From contig OZ037766.1 of assembly GCA_964035545.1 (NCBI GenBank), positions 22,680,767-22,744,766 of the forward strand: DNA of 64,000 bases, written 5' to 3'. The DNA is from Bugula neritina. Lineage: Eukaryota > Animalia > Bryozoa. Position numbers and translations under genes: made by a program. Positions 1 through 14,109 of this stretch are shown here, piece by piece (position 1 is the first letter of the stretch; the number at the start of each line of letters is the position of its first letter). The notes below the pieces were generated by a model, which was given only the letters and a program-made list of their open reading frames with translations, was not told where the DNA came from and did not search any database.

Positions 1-864
1 GCATATCAGCAAAAACTGGTCATCAAACTATTATGAAGCCATAATTTTTAAATAGTATGGTATTAGTTTAACCTTCTAATACTGATGTCCCTATTGATCT
101 TTTTTTCTCACGAATTTTTTTGTAGATCAAGTAGTATTTATATAAAATAAACACATGTGGTTGGCTGCTCATTAATTTATTGAAACTAAAACCTTAATAT
201 TGTTTTATACATCATATTGCAGGAATTTTGAGAGTATGTAAAAATGGGGTAGGATAAAATAAAACTTCTTTCTTTTAAAACTGAAATAAATAATAAAGTT
301 ACAAAGTATATAATAAAGGTGGTGCAGTGGCTGAGGGAAATATACCTCCCAACCTCCCATGTATAAATATCTGGAACAGAAGTCGTGATATTATATTATA
401 AAAGTTCCAAGAGACGATAACTCCGTTAGTGATGCCACAATTCTATGTGATGATAAGTAAAACAAATGACAATTACACCTTATAATATCTGAAAGTCACT
501 ACTGAGATTCAATCTCTCCAGCCTCGTGTACTAAGCCAGCACTCCAGTTACTGAGACGAAGCAGTGGGAACTTATATATTATACACCGTTGGCTATGCCA
601 TAATAATAATATTATAAGGCAAGGCTTCTTATTTCTTGCAAAGGTTATTTTTTATAGTTAGAGTTGTACTCTCGGGCTATAATATTTTGTATATAGTATG
701 CTATGGAAACTCGCTATTCTTGCGCGATACAGCCCACTCCACGTTGCAGTAACATCGTCAATCATCATCAATCAAATTCAAAGACTTGTTGACGCTGAAA
801 CTCACATTGACATTGGCGCTGGCTTTGAGCAATATTCGTACGGTATTGCATTCGCCTTTGATGT

Positions 865-1397
865 ATGAGAAACTTATATCGAATGAACAAGGTGTTAACC
901 AAATTTTTCAAGGAATTCTGTGTCAAGCCTCCCAATAGAACATTCAGCTGTACCAGAATCAGAATGGTTTGTAAACAGTTTCAGTTTATTTTTTTTTTAA
1001 CTTTCAATCAATTGTATTAGTATTACATTTTCATTATAATTATTATATTCATTATACTTATACTTACAGTTTACACTTTAACTTAATCTTGTACTTAGTA
1101 TTATTATTACTATTAGACGATTACTATTACTATTACTATTAGTATAAGTCACTAAGTGCACTATAAGACTAAGTATAAGTGTAACTAATAATATTATTAT
1201 AAGATTAACTTTAAGTATTAATAATTATAATTTGGTATTGCCAATAGGCAATAGGCAATACTCATAGACTTAGAGTCATACTGAATAGTGAATAGTCTAG
1301 TAGTATTACTATTACTATTAGTACTACTACTGCTACTGCTACTGCTACTACTACTACTACCACCACCACCACCACCAGTAGTAGTAGTAGTACCACC

Positions 1398-1434
<37 letters not shown>

Positions 1435-3012
1435 CCGCCAGTAGTAGTAGTAGTACCACCAGTAGTAGTAGTAGTAGTAGTAGTACCACCAGTAGTAGTA
1501 GCAGTACCACCACCAGTAGTAGTAGTAGTAGTAGTACCACCAGTAGTAGTAGTAGTAGTAGTAGTACCACCAGTAGTAGTAGTAGTAGTAGTACTCCGGG
1601 GTAGACTCTAACAATATTACTATTAGTTTACTATTAGTCTTAGTTTTAGTAATAGTAATAGTAATACTAATAGTAACCTATACTTATGCTTATACCTATA
1701 GTTATACTATAACTTATAGACTGTAGACACAGTTGATAGTACTAGTAAATGTAATAGTTACGCTAACACTTCGTCAAGTTTTACAGTAATCGTCGTCATC
1801 AAGTGATCATCATAATCATAATGATGATCAACTTCAAGCGATTTGTGATAATCAGTAAAGATGACTAATATCATTATGATTATTATTATTGTCATGGCCA
1901 TGCTGATGCTCAAATTTGCTCAGTTTCAGTCTCTCATTAACCCATTCCTGAGTTTGATAGTGTTGTAATGTAACCTGTCATACTCAATCACATTGTCTAT
2001 GATTATGATAATCTATACGATTTTGATGGACACTTTCATTTTTTTCTAATTCACAAAGAGTTCTAACTCAGAAACTTTAACATAGCATCAAAGCAACGTT
2101 TGGCAATCTTACCCAATATATACAATATACACAGCACTACAATTTACACGTTGTGTTCAATATTTTTATGATTTTGCTTGTATTAATTATTGGTAGATGC
2201 AGGTTGGTACCATTGGTTTGAGTACTTCATAACACTTGCTCCATCTTACTGCCAGCATCTTGTGTTCTAGTTTTATAAATCCTCACCTGCTCATAACCTT
2301 TCTGTTACACAGTTTTTTTGTTCTAAAAGGCATCGGAAAGTAAAAGATCAAAGTTGGAAGCAGAGCTTCAGCCACTAAAAGAGCAAGGATGGACTATGGT
2401 TAATGGTAGAGATGCACTGTACAAAGAGTTTTTGTTTAAAGATTTTAATGAGGTTAGTGCAATCTTTTTATGTGATGAATTGTATTTACATTGTACATTC
2501 ATGTTGACGTTCTTTTTGAAGGACTAGTCAAGCTAAAGAATCGTGTACCTAATTATCCATACATGTGAAGTGTTTATTTAATATAAGAAATAAGATTTGG
2601 GGAGATAGATATCCAAAATCTGAAGCAAGTTGGGATTTTACCACTCAATAACTAAGCTAAAATTTGATGTAAGCCAAACCACTATTGAGAAAGATTGTGG
2701 CTATCTTTACTATCATAAGTTGGTGTTGTATTTAACAGTTCAATTTTATTTTTTACAGGCGTTCGGCTTTATGACGAGAGTTGCTTTGAAAGCAGATAAA
2801 GATGATCATCACCCTGAGTGGTTCAATGTCTATAATAAGGTGCGAATCCTTCAATAAACTATGTAGTGCAAGTCGTGCTTTATCTTGGTATGTTTTCTCT
2901 ATTAAATCTTTTCTCGTTTTAGGTGCAAATTACTTTGAGCACTCATGACTGTAATGGACTTTCCCAGAAAGATGTAAAACTGGCTAACTTTATTGAGTCA
3001 GTTGCCAAGTAA
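865..3012 (+). CDS. PCBD2: Pterin-4-alpha-carbinolamine dehydratase (PCBD/DCoH), 4 exons, with N-terminal extension
   Basis: Exons 865-966, 2330-2452, 2759-2839 and 2923-3012 have GT-AG boundaries and splice in phase 0. Translation: ...[74 protein letters not shown]; [12 protein letters not shown] is the family signature. Exon 1 and the PCBD1-versus-PCBD2 label are less certain. Confidence 0.9.
1300..1594. repeat. Compound trinucleotide microsatellite (CTA)n-(CCA)n-(GTA)n in PCBD intron 1
   Basis: Directly visible; it accounts for the three low-complexity ORFs at 1262-1614. Confidence 0.95.
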
Positions 3013-3595
3013 GCCATGGTATACATATATTATTTTGTCGTAGTTTACTGTTAGTTTTTACATAACGCAGTCGTCTATCCAGACATACATTTTTATGGTA
3101 ATACCTTTTCTATATTGTTCTAATTTTGGAAAGCATAAGTGTTATAGTTTTTACTATTTTACTGTTTAGTTTTTCTTTAACATTTAGCTATGTTATTAGA
3201 GTATTCCTATTGTGCAATACTAACACAGATTTAATAATAAATATTAATAAAATCTAAAGTGCTAGTAGTTTAGAATTTCCAACCAGAAACGCTATATATT
3301 ACAAAAATAATTTCTAAAGCTTAAAGGCAAAATAAGAATGCTGAAATATAGTTGAAGGGGTGAACAATTTGCTGGGTGCTATAACAGTAGAGAACGTTTA
3401 TTAATGCCACCAGAAATCAGGCTGAAGTATAAATAATCATTGAGAATTTTCTAATTTACAAATTTTCCATGGTATTTGGAATAACAGATTAAATATTTTA
3501 AACTAATTTTTTAAAGAGAAAAATGGTTATGAAGTTAAGCAAAATTGAAGAATATTTAGGAAAGCAAAGTCAAAGATAACACTGCAAACTGGTGC

Positions 3596-6500
3596 TTAAA
3601 AAGAGATATTCCAAAGCTGAACAATAGAATCATGTCCTGCAGATACTAGTTCATTGTCGGATCTCCATGATAGACTTGACACCACACTCATCTTGTGTGC
3701 TTCTGAAAACATACCAGGAATTATATTGTATATAAGATTACATTAATGCTTCATATAGCTGCTGTACAGGCATATGAACTGTATTTAAAATGAAGACTGA
3801 GCAGTACTTTCAATAAACTTCCAACTACCATTTAGTAGACATAAATTAGTGTTTTTAACGTTGACCATTATTGCCAATATAACAGCTGCTTTCACTACAT
3901 ATCAAATAAGCAGGACGAGGTTACTATGAACATCTACTAATACAAGTAAAAACCAGCTTTATATTGAGTAAGTGGAACCTATGATCCCATGACTCAAAAA
4001 ATAAATCTTAAGTCAAACTTGAAAACCTACTTTTTATAGAAAGCCGAGCAGCATGATTGTTGACATCCCATATATTGATGTCGGTGTCTAATGACCCCGA
4101 AGCAACGTGCTGACTATTAGGTGACCAGGCAAGACACATAACTCGAGCAGTATGAGACACCCACTGTGTGGAGATCACCACCTGTATAAGACATGTACTA
4201 AACTGTATGTTATGTAGGTACAGATACTAACATCACAGTACATTAATAACTAACAAATTCAATATGATCAACATGCAGTTTTACTAAAACACTTAAAAAA
4301 CCTTCCAACAAGACAAACTATTATTTAAAATACACTTCATAAGCAGCCTTTATCAACAATTGAAGTAGATGTGTACAAGAACCATTAACTACAAGTTGTT
4401 TAGTTGAACTTACCTCATACTCTGGACCGCTGTATAACAGCACTTTTCTGTCAGAGCCAGCAGCAAGATAGGCACCATCGGGTGAGTAGCTGACACAAGT
4501 CACAGCAGCAGGCGCGGAAAGAGTTTTAGTTTCTTGAAGCGTACCACTGCTCAATGAGTAAATGTGAATCTTGGAGTCCTGCATCACCAAAATATATTTT
4601 GCAATATATCGAAAACACATTTATTTCATGTGTCTGCAACATAATTTCAATATATAGTGTACCGATGAAGAAAATGCATTACTTTGTACTTAGTAAAGTC
4701 TAGTGACAAAATGAGTGTTATAGTTGTGTTAGAAGAGTCCAGTAACAAATGAATGTATGGTGCAATAAATGTCTTTAATAATGAGTAATATAACATATAA
4801 TATAATATGTAGTAATATATAGTATAGTAATAATGCATATATAGTATTTTTATAGCTGGGGCTACCTTTTATAGTGTACTACATAAGTTACTGGTTCATT
4901 GATGACAAAGAAGATGAATGAGTATCTATAATTAGTTCCACTTTGGTTCACAACATGCAGGTACTAGCATATATCATACAACTTAAAAAAATACAATCTA
5001 GACACAAAATTATACCCAAAAAACAGACAACATATCCTGAGCCTCTCGCGTTCCATATTGAATAGTATTCAACTTGCCAAAAGTAAACCCCTGAGCAAGA
5101 TCTTTAGTTAATAAAAGCATCTCCATAAATAACTTTAACCAAAGAATTTCACCAAATTCTCGAACTATTTATAAACACATAAAACTAAAAAAAGATGCCA
5201 AGTAGAATAATTATATGGCTGATTATTATGTTTCTTTTTATAGAACAGCCTGGAACAACTAAACATAACAGTTACAGCAACCTATGAGACAATTATTTCT
5301 CCTATATCATGAACCTATGAGACGTGTGATAAACACACACCAACCACTGCACATATCACTACAAACATCACACATAATTTACCTGGCCTCCGCCAACAGC
5401 TATTTCAGACTGGCTTGGGTGAATAGCGACACATCTTGGCTCATATTTCACATCTTGTTTAAACAGGAGCTGCCCGTTCTGTATAATGTCGACACTCTGA
5501 AGGCAAGCCACTACGATGTGTCCATCTGCACTCGTAGCAACGCATTGTGGTTGAGAACCCATAGCGATTGATATATCACTGTAAAATATAGTTATACAAC
5601 AGCTGTGATAGTGGCTGTACAATATCTCAGTAGAATAACACAGCTCCACAGACTGGTAATGTTGTATAGAGATACACACTGCAAATTTATCAACAATAAA
5701 CTAATTACTAACAAACACTCCAAGCAAAACATGCTAATGTTTTAGCATTTCCAACTAAAGACTTGGCACATTGCAAACAAATAAAATATGTTCTCAAGGT
5801 CGTGTTGTGCAAAATACACGTGGTGGTTATTTTAAGACACATACATGTAACACACCATGGTCTAAGCCCTAGGCCCTAGGAGTTAGCATGCTTGACTTAG
5901 TAAACACGAAACAATGGGTTTGAACCCAGTAAAGGCCATTGGTGATGTTAGGAAGAGCATCCAGTTATAATTGCTACTGTGCCACATATGAATAAGTCCT
6001 TAGCCTGCTTTAAAAAAAATTCCATCAGAAATTCTCACAGGGATAGTGACTAAAAATTGCTTGAGTTTTTATACATGTAACATCTATATAACATGATTGC
6101 AGGCTAACTCACCTGTATGACTGAGATGACACATCAACCACTTTCACTGTATCATCTATGGCACAAGTGATAAGCTTGTCGTCCATAAGAGAAATGCTTT
6201 TAATTTGAACCGAGTGACCTTTTCCAGTGACCTCTGTACAAGTGCCAGTGTTGGCATCCCAGACACAAATTTTACCTCCTGAATCAGCAGAGTAAAGTGT
6301 ATCACCAGCAGCAATAATCCCCTCAATCTGCTTGTTGTGCCCCTAGAATGTTACAGATTAACTTTACTAAAACACAGCAGTATTATAAATAGGTATTTAC
6401 AGTGGTTATTTCTTTAAGACTGTCATATCAGAAAAACAACTCTTTGTTTTAGAAAGTCATCAAAAATTGCTATAACGCTACGCTAAATATAGAAATAAAT

Positions 6501-9500
6501 TTAGAAAACAAAACCTTTCAGACAGAAACCAAATTGAAAAGTATTATAAAATTTTAGATTAAGCGTTATTAGGCTAACGAATACTTAGCAACAATAACTC
6601 TGAAATCTCTCACGATAAACCGACCTTTATGATTTGTGAAGGAGATGATGGGTTGTTTCTGTCGAGATAGTTTATGTTACCAGACAATGACACGGTAAGG
6701 ATAAAATCGCCAAGCCACAGACACCCAACTTGCATATCAAGGAGAGCAGTGCCCAAAGTGAATTGACTACAAAGAAGTAAACTTTATCATAACCATGACT
6801 TTAATGGTGTACTTGTTTTCAAAGCTTGATTTTATTAACTCCAAATAAAATTTCTTATAAACCCTAGGAATTCAAATGGAATGGCAGAAAACAAGAGAAG
6901 ACAAACCCAACGATATTTTCAAGCAATCCATTATGGCAAAGCTGGTGCTTCACAAAAATTTTTTGGCTTGATTTATTTATTACATAGGTAACACAGAAAT
7001 AAGAACACATTTTAAAATCCAGTGTAAATACTGGCTATATTAAGTAGGCATGAACAAAATTGAAAAAAAAGTCAGAACCCTGTTGGATCACTTAAAATAA
7101 AAGATCATTCAAAGTATTTACAAGGTGTCGTAAAAAATTTGCTAATGACAGTGACAGGAAGTGACAAAACAGAAGAAGAACTAACTGAAAGACTTACCAA
7201 ACATTCTCAAACGTCTCCATGTTCCAAATCTTTGCTGTTTTGTCAGCAGACACTGTTAGCAGCTCTAGGGAGTTGCTGCTGAAACTAATGCCATAGATTC
7301 CACCTTTATGTGCAGGAGCTCCGAGTTCTCCCACTTTTTCCCCAGTTTTACCATCATAGACAAAGGCCTGGTAACATACACAAAGACAATATATAACAGA
7401 TCTCAAAACAATATTAGTTGTGAACGAAAAATAATTTGCTGACTCTATTTAAGTAACAATAGTGTTGTATGACTTAAACATTCACTTGTGTGAGTTGTGT
7501 TCTCTCTCACGAATTTTAACAGTGGTAATGCTTGCACTATCTTACAAAACAAAGTGGATGTAGTATTAATAACATTCCACTGTACCAAAAAAATATTTCT
7601 CTGGTTGAAAGCTAATTGCTGGAATCTTTGTCTAGTGGACACATAATCTAAACGAATTGATCGAATTTAATGAGGAAAAAATGAACACCAAGTTTGTGTG
7701 TATGTGTGCATATATGCAAACTTGCACACACGCAGGCATATATATGTATGTACGCAAGTATAAAATTATAGCCTGCTTCAGCCAAAGCAAGATTATATAC
7801 ATAGACATTGTTCATATTATTGGTACTGCCCTCTGCCCAACCAAAATGTATATATTAATGCTGATGACAAACAACCAACTCTAGAGTCATATTGGAATTT
7901 ATTGCTGGCATATAAAAAACGAGGTACTGTGAGCACATACTAGTATAATTGATTTTATATTAAATATTTTCAAAGTAACAATTTTAGAATTGATCAATGA
8001 TAATTATACCATTTAAGCTACATTCTGCTATATTAGCAATACAGTAATGTACTATAAAGATGCTACTGATACTGTTTTACAAAGTTTCTCTATTTGGTGT
8101 GATAATTCTAAAATTGTGGCTTGCTGATAAATACGATGTTAAGCTATAAAATTTAAGAGCCTTAAAGGATATATTAATGTACTATTTGATAAGTGACCAA
8201 TTAAAAGTTGCGTCATAAAATGGCTTCAACATAGTGATGATTAACTCTGCCACACCCAGTTTTCAAGTTTCCTAAAGTTTTAAACACCCAAAAGCTTTGA
8301 AGTTGGTCTAAGCTATAACACCAAGAACTATCAATGTAAATGAATAAACTACTGACTTATAAAATAATTTATTACACTCTCATTTCGGTGCATGTGACTG
8401 TTGCTTTTTCATCTAGCAAATTGAAGCCAAAACTGCACCGTGAGAGCTGTTGAAAAAAGAGCTACTAATATAGCCCAAAATCTAACCATATCTACTACAG
8501 CCATAGCTAAAGGGAGATTACTTACCTTTCCATCGGCACCACCAGAAACAAACTTCTGACTATTTGGTGAATATCTAACACAATTCACGAAGTTCTTGTG
8601 GTCCTGTAAAGAAAAATGTTGAGAATAAAACTTGCAAAGTTCCATCAAGGCATAGCGAAGGAAGATTAAGGGCATATTTCTTGCATTTACTAAAACTACC
8701 CAGCATGATGAAAATTAATTTTTATGACTTCATAAACAGGAAACAAGCAACAATTAATAACTTTAACACTGCAATAATAGTTATGAGTGAATAGCAAGTT
8801 ATCTCAACAACGCTGCATGGGTTCGATATACATAAATATAAATATATGTGCGTGTTTATATGTATCTGTATTATATTATCAGCCAAGTCTTACATGAATA
8901 GTATGATGAAGCTTGAATGGCGGTCCTTCAAAGAAGCAGAGAGTTTGGTCTTCAGAAGCAGTGGCTATTCTAAATGGGCGATCCTGTTTAAAGGAGACTG
9001 CGTTCACAAACTTTGATTGGCCGAAGACATCACCCACACTAGTGCCAGTGTCAGCATTGAAGACATGCGCATACCTGGCAGTAAATACTGAATATAGAAA
9101 GATGGGCATGATGTATCACACTACTGGTCTAAATTAGAAAATGCTAAAGAGTTCTGACAACTCCAGTACGTGTACAACAGCTTAATTTAAAGTAAAATAG
9201 CATCACTGTTGAACACTCCAATTACACTACAGTTGTTGGTGGAAAAAACTATTTTAAAAAGCAATATATTGGTTAACTAAACTATTGCACAATTGCATTT
9301 GTTGCAACATAATTATCTCTTTATTTGTGCACTAAAAAATTCATCAAACATCACAATTCTGGAGCAATATTTTGAAACGAGTTGGCAACAAGGCTTAATA
9401 AGCAAAATTCTACAGCTGTAAATGCTAGATGCCTCTTGCATTACTAAAACTGAACCCTAGTTTCCTAATAAAACCCTAAAAACTCACTTTTCTCGACCTT

Positions 9501-11531
9501 CACCACCAACAACTATTCTTTGGTTATCTCCGGACCAACACAGATCTTTGATTGAGCCTGAAAGTGGCTGAAATTCATTCTTAAGTATGTGTTCAACATT
9601 CACAGTGTCCCAGATTCGAACTTTGCCAGCCGTATCTACCCGGGGCACAGAGACACAGTATTGAATAGTAGGTGAACATAACGCAATTCAGGATGCAGAA
9701 CAGTCTTACACAAAATATGGAGATTAAAGATCCAATACTTTCAAATAAAAAACAGTATAAAACAAGACATAAATACCGAAAAAAAAAACGTGTAAACTCT
9801 GATGCATTATTTACAAAATTTTGATACAGAATTTGAATTATCAACAACCACCACCATCTGCTTGCAAACTGTGTAGTAAATATTGAAGAATTTTCTCTAT
9901 ATATTACAGACACTTGAAATATGAGCTAAAAATTTCAAAGTCAATATGGCTAAATATAAAAAATCTAAAGTAGAGTAGATTTTGATCCGAAAAATAAATA
10001 CCTCCAGAAGCTATGTAGAATCCGCTTGGAGAGTATTGCGCGACAGTGGTGGTTTTACTGTGCTCAGTATAAACATCACATATCAATGGGTTCTACAAAA
10101 TAAATACACGTAGTCGATCCCAAGCATACACCACAACATTGATTTCAATTCAGAAATGTCAGCATAACAGAAGCATGCAGGGTATAATGGTTTCTAATGC
10201 TAAACCTACTTCAATGTTCCTTAAGAATACATTGCTGCCATGGACGTAAAGAAAAGTTTTCTTATCCGCTCTACCATTGAGTACAATTGGTTGACCTCGA
10301 GCTGTCCTTGGAAGAGGCGCAAATGCAGCTTCTAACAAATTAAACAAGCAATTTTTAACTTCAAAGATACAAACTACTAGAATAAAACCAAAACACAGAT
10401 AATAAAATAATAACTATGACAAATGTATTGCAGCTCAAATTAATTTGAAATGTAAATGATTTTATTATATTAATAAGTTTAAGAACATAACATTTTGGCT
10501 GGTGCATTTTATTTGCATATAGTTAAAACTTGTTATTGAAAATTAAGTCCCCTTTATTACTTTTTGTTTAAAATTTAATGCCCGTGAAAATGTAATGTTA
10601 GGTCTTTTATAGACCTTAAATTTTTTATACTCCAAGGATAAAACATTTGTGGTTTGTGTAAAAACTTACTTAAGCCGTCACAATCAAAAAATATTCTATA
10701 CAAAAGTTATCATAAACCACAACTATAATTTATAATAAAGCTATAAAGCCTGCAGTTACAACCAAAAAAGGTTCATTTCGCACATCTTACTTCAGTCAAT
10801 TTATTCGACTGTAAAAATTGTAAATACATTTATCAAAATTATAGAAAATGAAATCTGAAAACAACATCTGCTACTTAAAATCACTTACACTTCTGAATTA
10901 CCATTATAAATACAATTGTGACAGTGTCCAAATTGTACTTTAACTTATATTGCCTAGTTAATCACCCGGATTCATACTTTAACATTAAGTTTAACTAACC
11001 ACATAAAATTTAACTACAGTACATGATTAATTAATATTAGCTAGCTATCATTTATAACTCTACAGTTTGTTATATTTATTTTGAAATTTCAATTTTTTTC
11101 CTAATAAACATAGTAGTTCGTTTCCAAACTTCCAATTTGAATTTACTTTTATTTTTGCATCATTTTAAAATTTACTTATAACTTTTAAGCAAACTTGAAC
11201 TTTAAAATGAACTGAGTTTCACTAAAACCAACTTTTAATTTAATTTATATTCCGGCTATTGTCAGAGTTCGTGGTTAAAAAAGAAGCCTAGTTGTATTAC
11301 TATTAGTATTACTACTATAAGTGAATTCATCATCACCATCAGTATCACCATCACCATCACCTGATCACCACAGCCCATGGCCCATAGGCTGTGGGCATGA
11401 TGATGATTATTAAAACTGAAAGTGAAAGTAATCGTAAAACGCGGCCTATTTCATTTCAAACAGTATAACTGTAATAGATAGTAAAATACTGCTAAATTTC
11501 AAAAATTCTACTTACTGAGCTCTCCTGGCAT
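3596..11531 (-). CDS. WDR1: WD repeat protein 1 / actin-interacting protein 1 (AIP1), about 13 coding exons
   Basis: Start [23 protein letters not shown] (ATG at 11531, donor at 11515). Exons encode [77 protein letters not shown] and [14 protein letters not shown], with the stop at 3598-3596. Confidence 0.95.
5875..5990 (+). mobile_element. Degenerate tRNA-derived SINE fragment in a WDR1 intron
   Basis: B-box-like GGGTTTGAACCC followed by ATTGGTGATGTTAGGAAGAGCATCCAG; a related reverse-complement piece lies at ~28757-28805. Confidence 0.45.
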
Positions 11532-12429
11532 TCTTAAAAATAGTAAAACAAACTGTTGGTTCAAAAGAAATTTTGCAGTAATCTAATCGCGACTTCACTT
11601 TGTAATTGTTATATAGGAAGTAGATTTCAGTTTTTTCTCCATATATGGCAACTACGATAACCTTGACGTAGTTTCAATTTGACGACTATAAACAATTAGG
11701 AGCCAGACTAGTGTTTTCGCAACTGTCATTTGATTCGTCAATCCATGAATCATGCTTTCTCAACCCAAGTTGCGCATTAATCATGATGATGATAGTAAAT
11801 TATAATCTTACTCTTTTTAATACAACTTCACTACAACTACAAATAATGAAGTATTACTATTACTATTAGGTATTACTAATAAGTTGTAAAGTTATTACTT
11901 ATAAGCTTATTATTGAGCTATTATATTTAGTATAGTTCTAGTAAACTATAACTATAAGTATATTTATAATTTACTTTTACTTTTAGTTTTAGTAAGTAAT
12001 AACCACTGACTGACAGTGACAGTGACTGAGCTGGAAAAGATATTATTTATTTAATAATTTTTTGAGTTCGATGGTAATAACTTTAAATACCAAGTAGAAA
12101 TTTCATTACCACACTAGAACTTGATGGTGATTAAACTTAATCACTTTTTATGATTATCATTAAGTTTAACATTATGATTATCAATAGCATTATGGTTATT
12201 ACCACTGTTTCAATTTGTCACTTGAGCCAGTCGTTTTGCATTGAATGAGTGAACTTTATGTTTAAAACTAATAACAATACAACTAATATTATAAAATAAT
12301 CATAATCATAATGATTAATGACTAATGAGCTACATTTTTATTTCCATTTTGATTGGATTTTGAGTTACATACTGATAGTGATACACTTTGACTTATGGTT
12401 AGGCCTACTCTTACAAGTTACAGTGATAT

Positions 12430-12734
12430 TGTTATGTTTTCCAGATTTAGGGTCGATGTGCCACCAAGAGAGTCTATTTATCACTAGAGAAACTTCACCG
12501 AGTTAAGTCGAGTAGATATCGTTATATTTGAATACAAGAATACATAATAAAATCTAATATACAACAGTAATAATACGCACGTCTATTTAATTTACAGCAC
12601 TATCCTCAACTGAGCTAGTAGCGCGAAGCTGCTACTATTACTCATAAACAGCCTAGCTAATTGGCTAATACATTGTTCCGGGTCAATACGCAACCTTGCG
12701 TATTGTGTTGCTGGTAGCTCCACGAGCCACCACA
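12430..12734 (-). repeat. 3' LTR of element A
   Basis: Direct repeat of 17133-17437; preceded on the minus strand by GGAGGGGGCAG (PPT-like). Confidence 0.95.
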
Positions 12735-13004
12735 CTGCCCCCTCCAGCAGAAAGCCCTCTTTCTGATAAAAATATAATTTACATAACAAAACGTATACTT
12801 CGTTGTGGAGAGAGAGAACAGTATAAAAGTATATACAAAAAAAAAAAAACAACCGATAAAATATACAGGTATATATAAAACGTGCACAATGTGTAATATG
12901 TAAGAGAAGGTCCTATTTACATGTAGAGTACGTGCCACCATAACGGTAGGGAATGCCACAGAGAGGTAGGGGAAGAGTAGTATGGAGTTGGAGATAGACT
13001 CATG

Positions 13005-14076
13005 TTAACTGCGGGCCGCACGCTTCATGCGTTTAATAGACTCCTGTAGATATTTGAGTTCACTGGATGCAGCCTGCACCCGCGGGGCCAGTCTGTACAC
13101 TTCTTGCTCCAGGTCGTGTGCCCTAGCTTCTACTTCACGTAGGTTGCGGGCCAGGGGGGACGAACGAGAGGAAGTCTGCTGTCTGTGTCTTCCGTTCTGA
13201 GGATGGAAGGGAAGGAGGGAGTGTATACGCCTTCGTGTCTACCCTCTGTAGTACGACACGGGGAAAGGTATGCGGGTGGCATAGAGGACTGTAAGGTGGA
13301 GAGTTAGTTGACTGTATAGGTTTATCTGCGGCTCCAGAGATGATGGGTCGCGGGGAAGGAAAGCCTTGCTCCAGGCGAGATAGCCGAGCTGGGTCAGTGA
13401 TGAGGGGTTTGATGGCGTTGAGAAATGCGGGATAGGATGATTCGTCTACTTCATAGACGTGTCCTTGATAACACTGCATAGTGCGTTGGTGACGCAGTAG
13501 GTAATCACGATTGTAACTATATTCTCCGCAGGGGCAGAACGTGGTGATGTAATGCTGCGGCAAGTGTACTTTCAGCCTGCGGTGGGTTGTAAATCGCTGC
13601 TGGCAGAGGTTGCATTCGCGGTTATCATCACCTCCTTGATGAGTCCTAATCTCTCTCTCTGTGGCAGGGGTAATCCAGTTGGAGGTTGCTTCCAACTGGG
13701 GTGGCAGTTGCCTGGTTGTAGAAGTTGTTGGGGCCGGCTCTGGGTCCCACGCCATCTCTAGAGAAGGCATGCCCGGAGAGACGGGCGCGAGTGTGTCTAC
13801 AAAAGTAGAATTATTGTTAGATCGCGGTGGATCTTTACAACATAATTCTAGTGACTGTCGACTGTTACTAGCCTGAGAGTCACAGCTTTTGGAATGCACT
13901 CGAGGAACCGATGAATCATGTGTGGACTGACCAAGAACAGTGTCTAGCTCCAGGTCTAACAGACCGTCGGCCATTACAGTGTCCTCATCGTCATTCACAT
14001 GAAACGTGGTTCCCAGTAATTCTGATTCAATCTGCTGAATTAGTTCAGAATTTACTGGCATCGAGCTCGTTTCCAT
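13005..14076 (-). CDS. Element A accessory ORF: acidic region, two zinc fingers, and a frameshifted coiled-coil tail
   Basis: 313-aa ORF 14076-13135 with CNLCQQRFTTHRRLKVHLPQH and CPCGEYSYNRDYLLRHQRTMQC. An adjacent frame continues LREVEARAHDLEQEVYRLAPRVQAASSELKYLQESIKRMKR* to 13005, matching the C-terminus of element B. Confidence 0.8.
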
Positions 14077-14109
14077 GAATAGGAATATAAGACTTATACT
14101 GGCTTACCT

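Noticed and set aside
1262-1614. Poly-Leu/Val/Tyr ORFs
   Set aside because: Translations of a trinucleotide microsatellite inside an intron.
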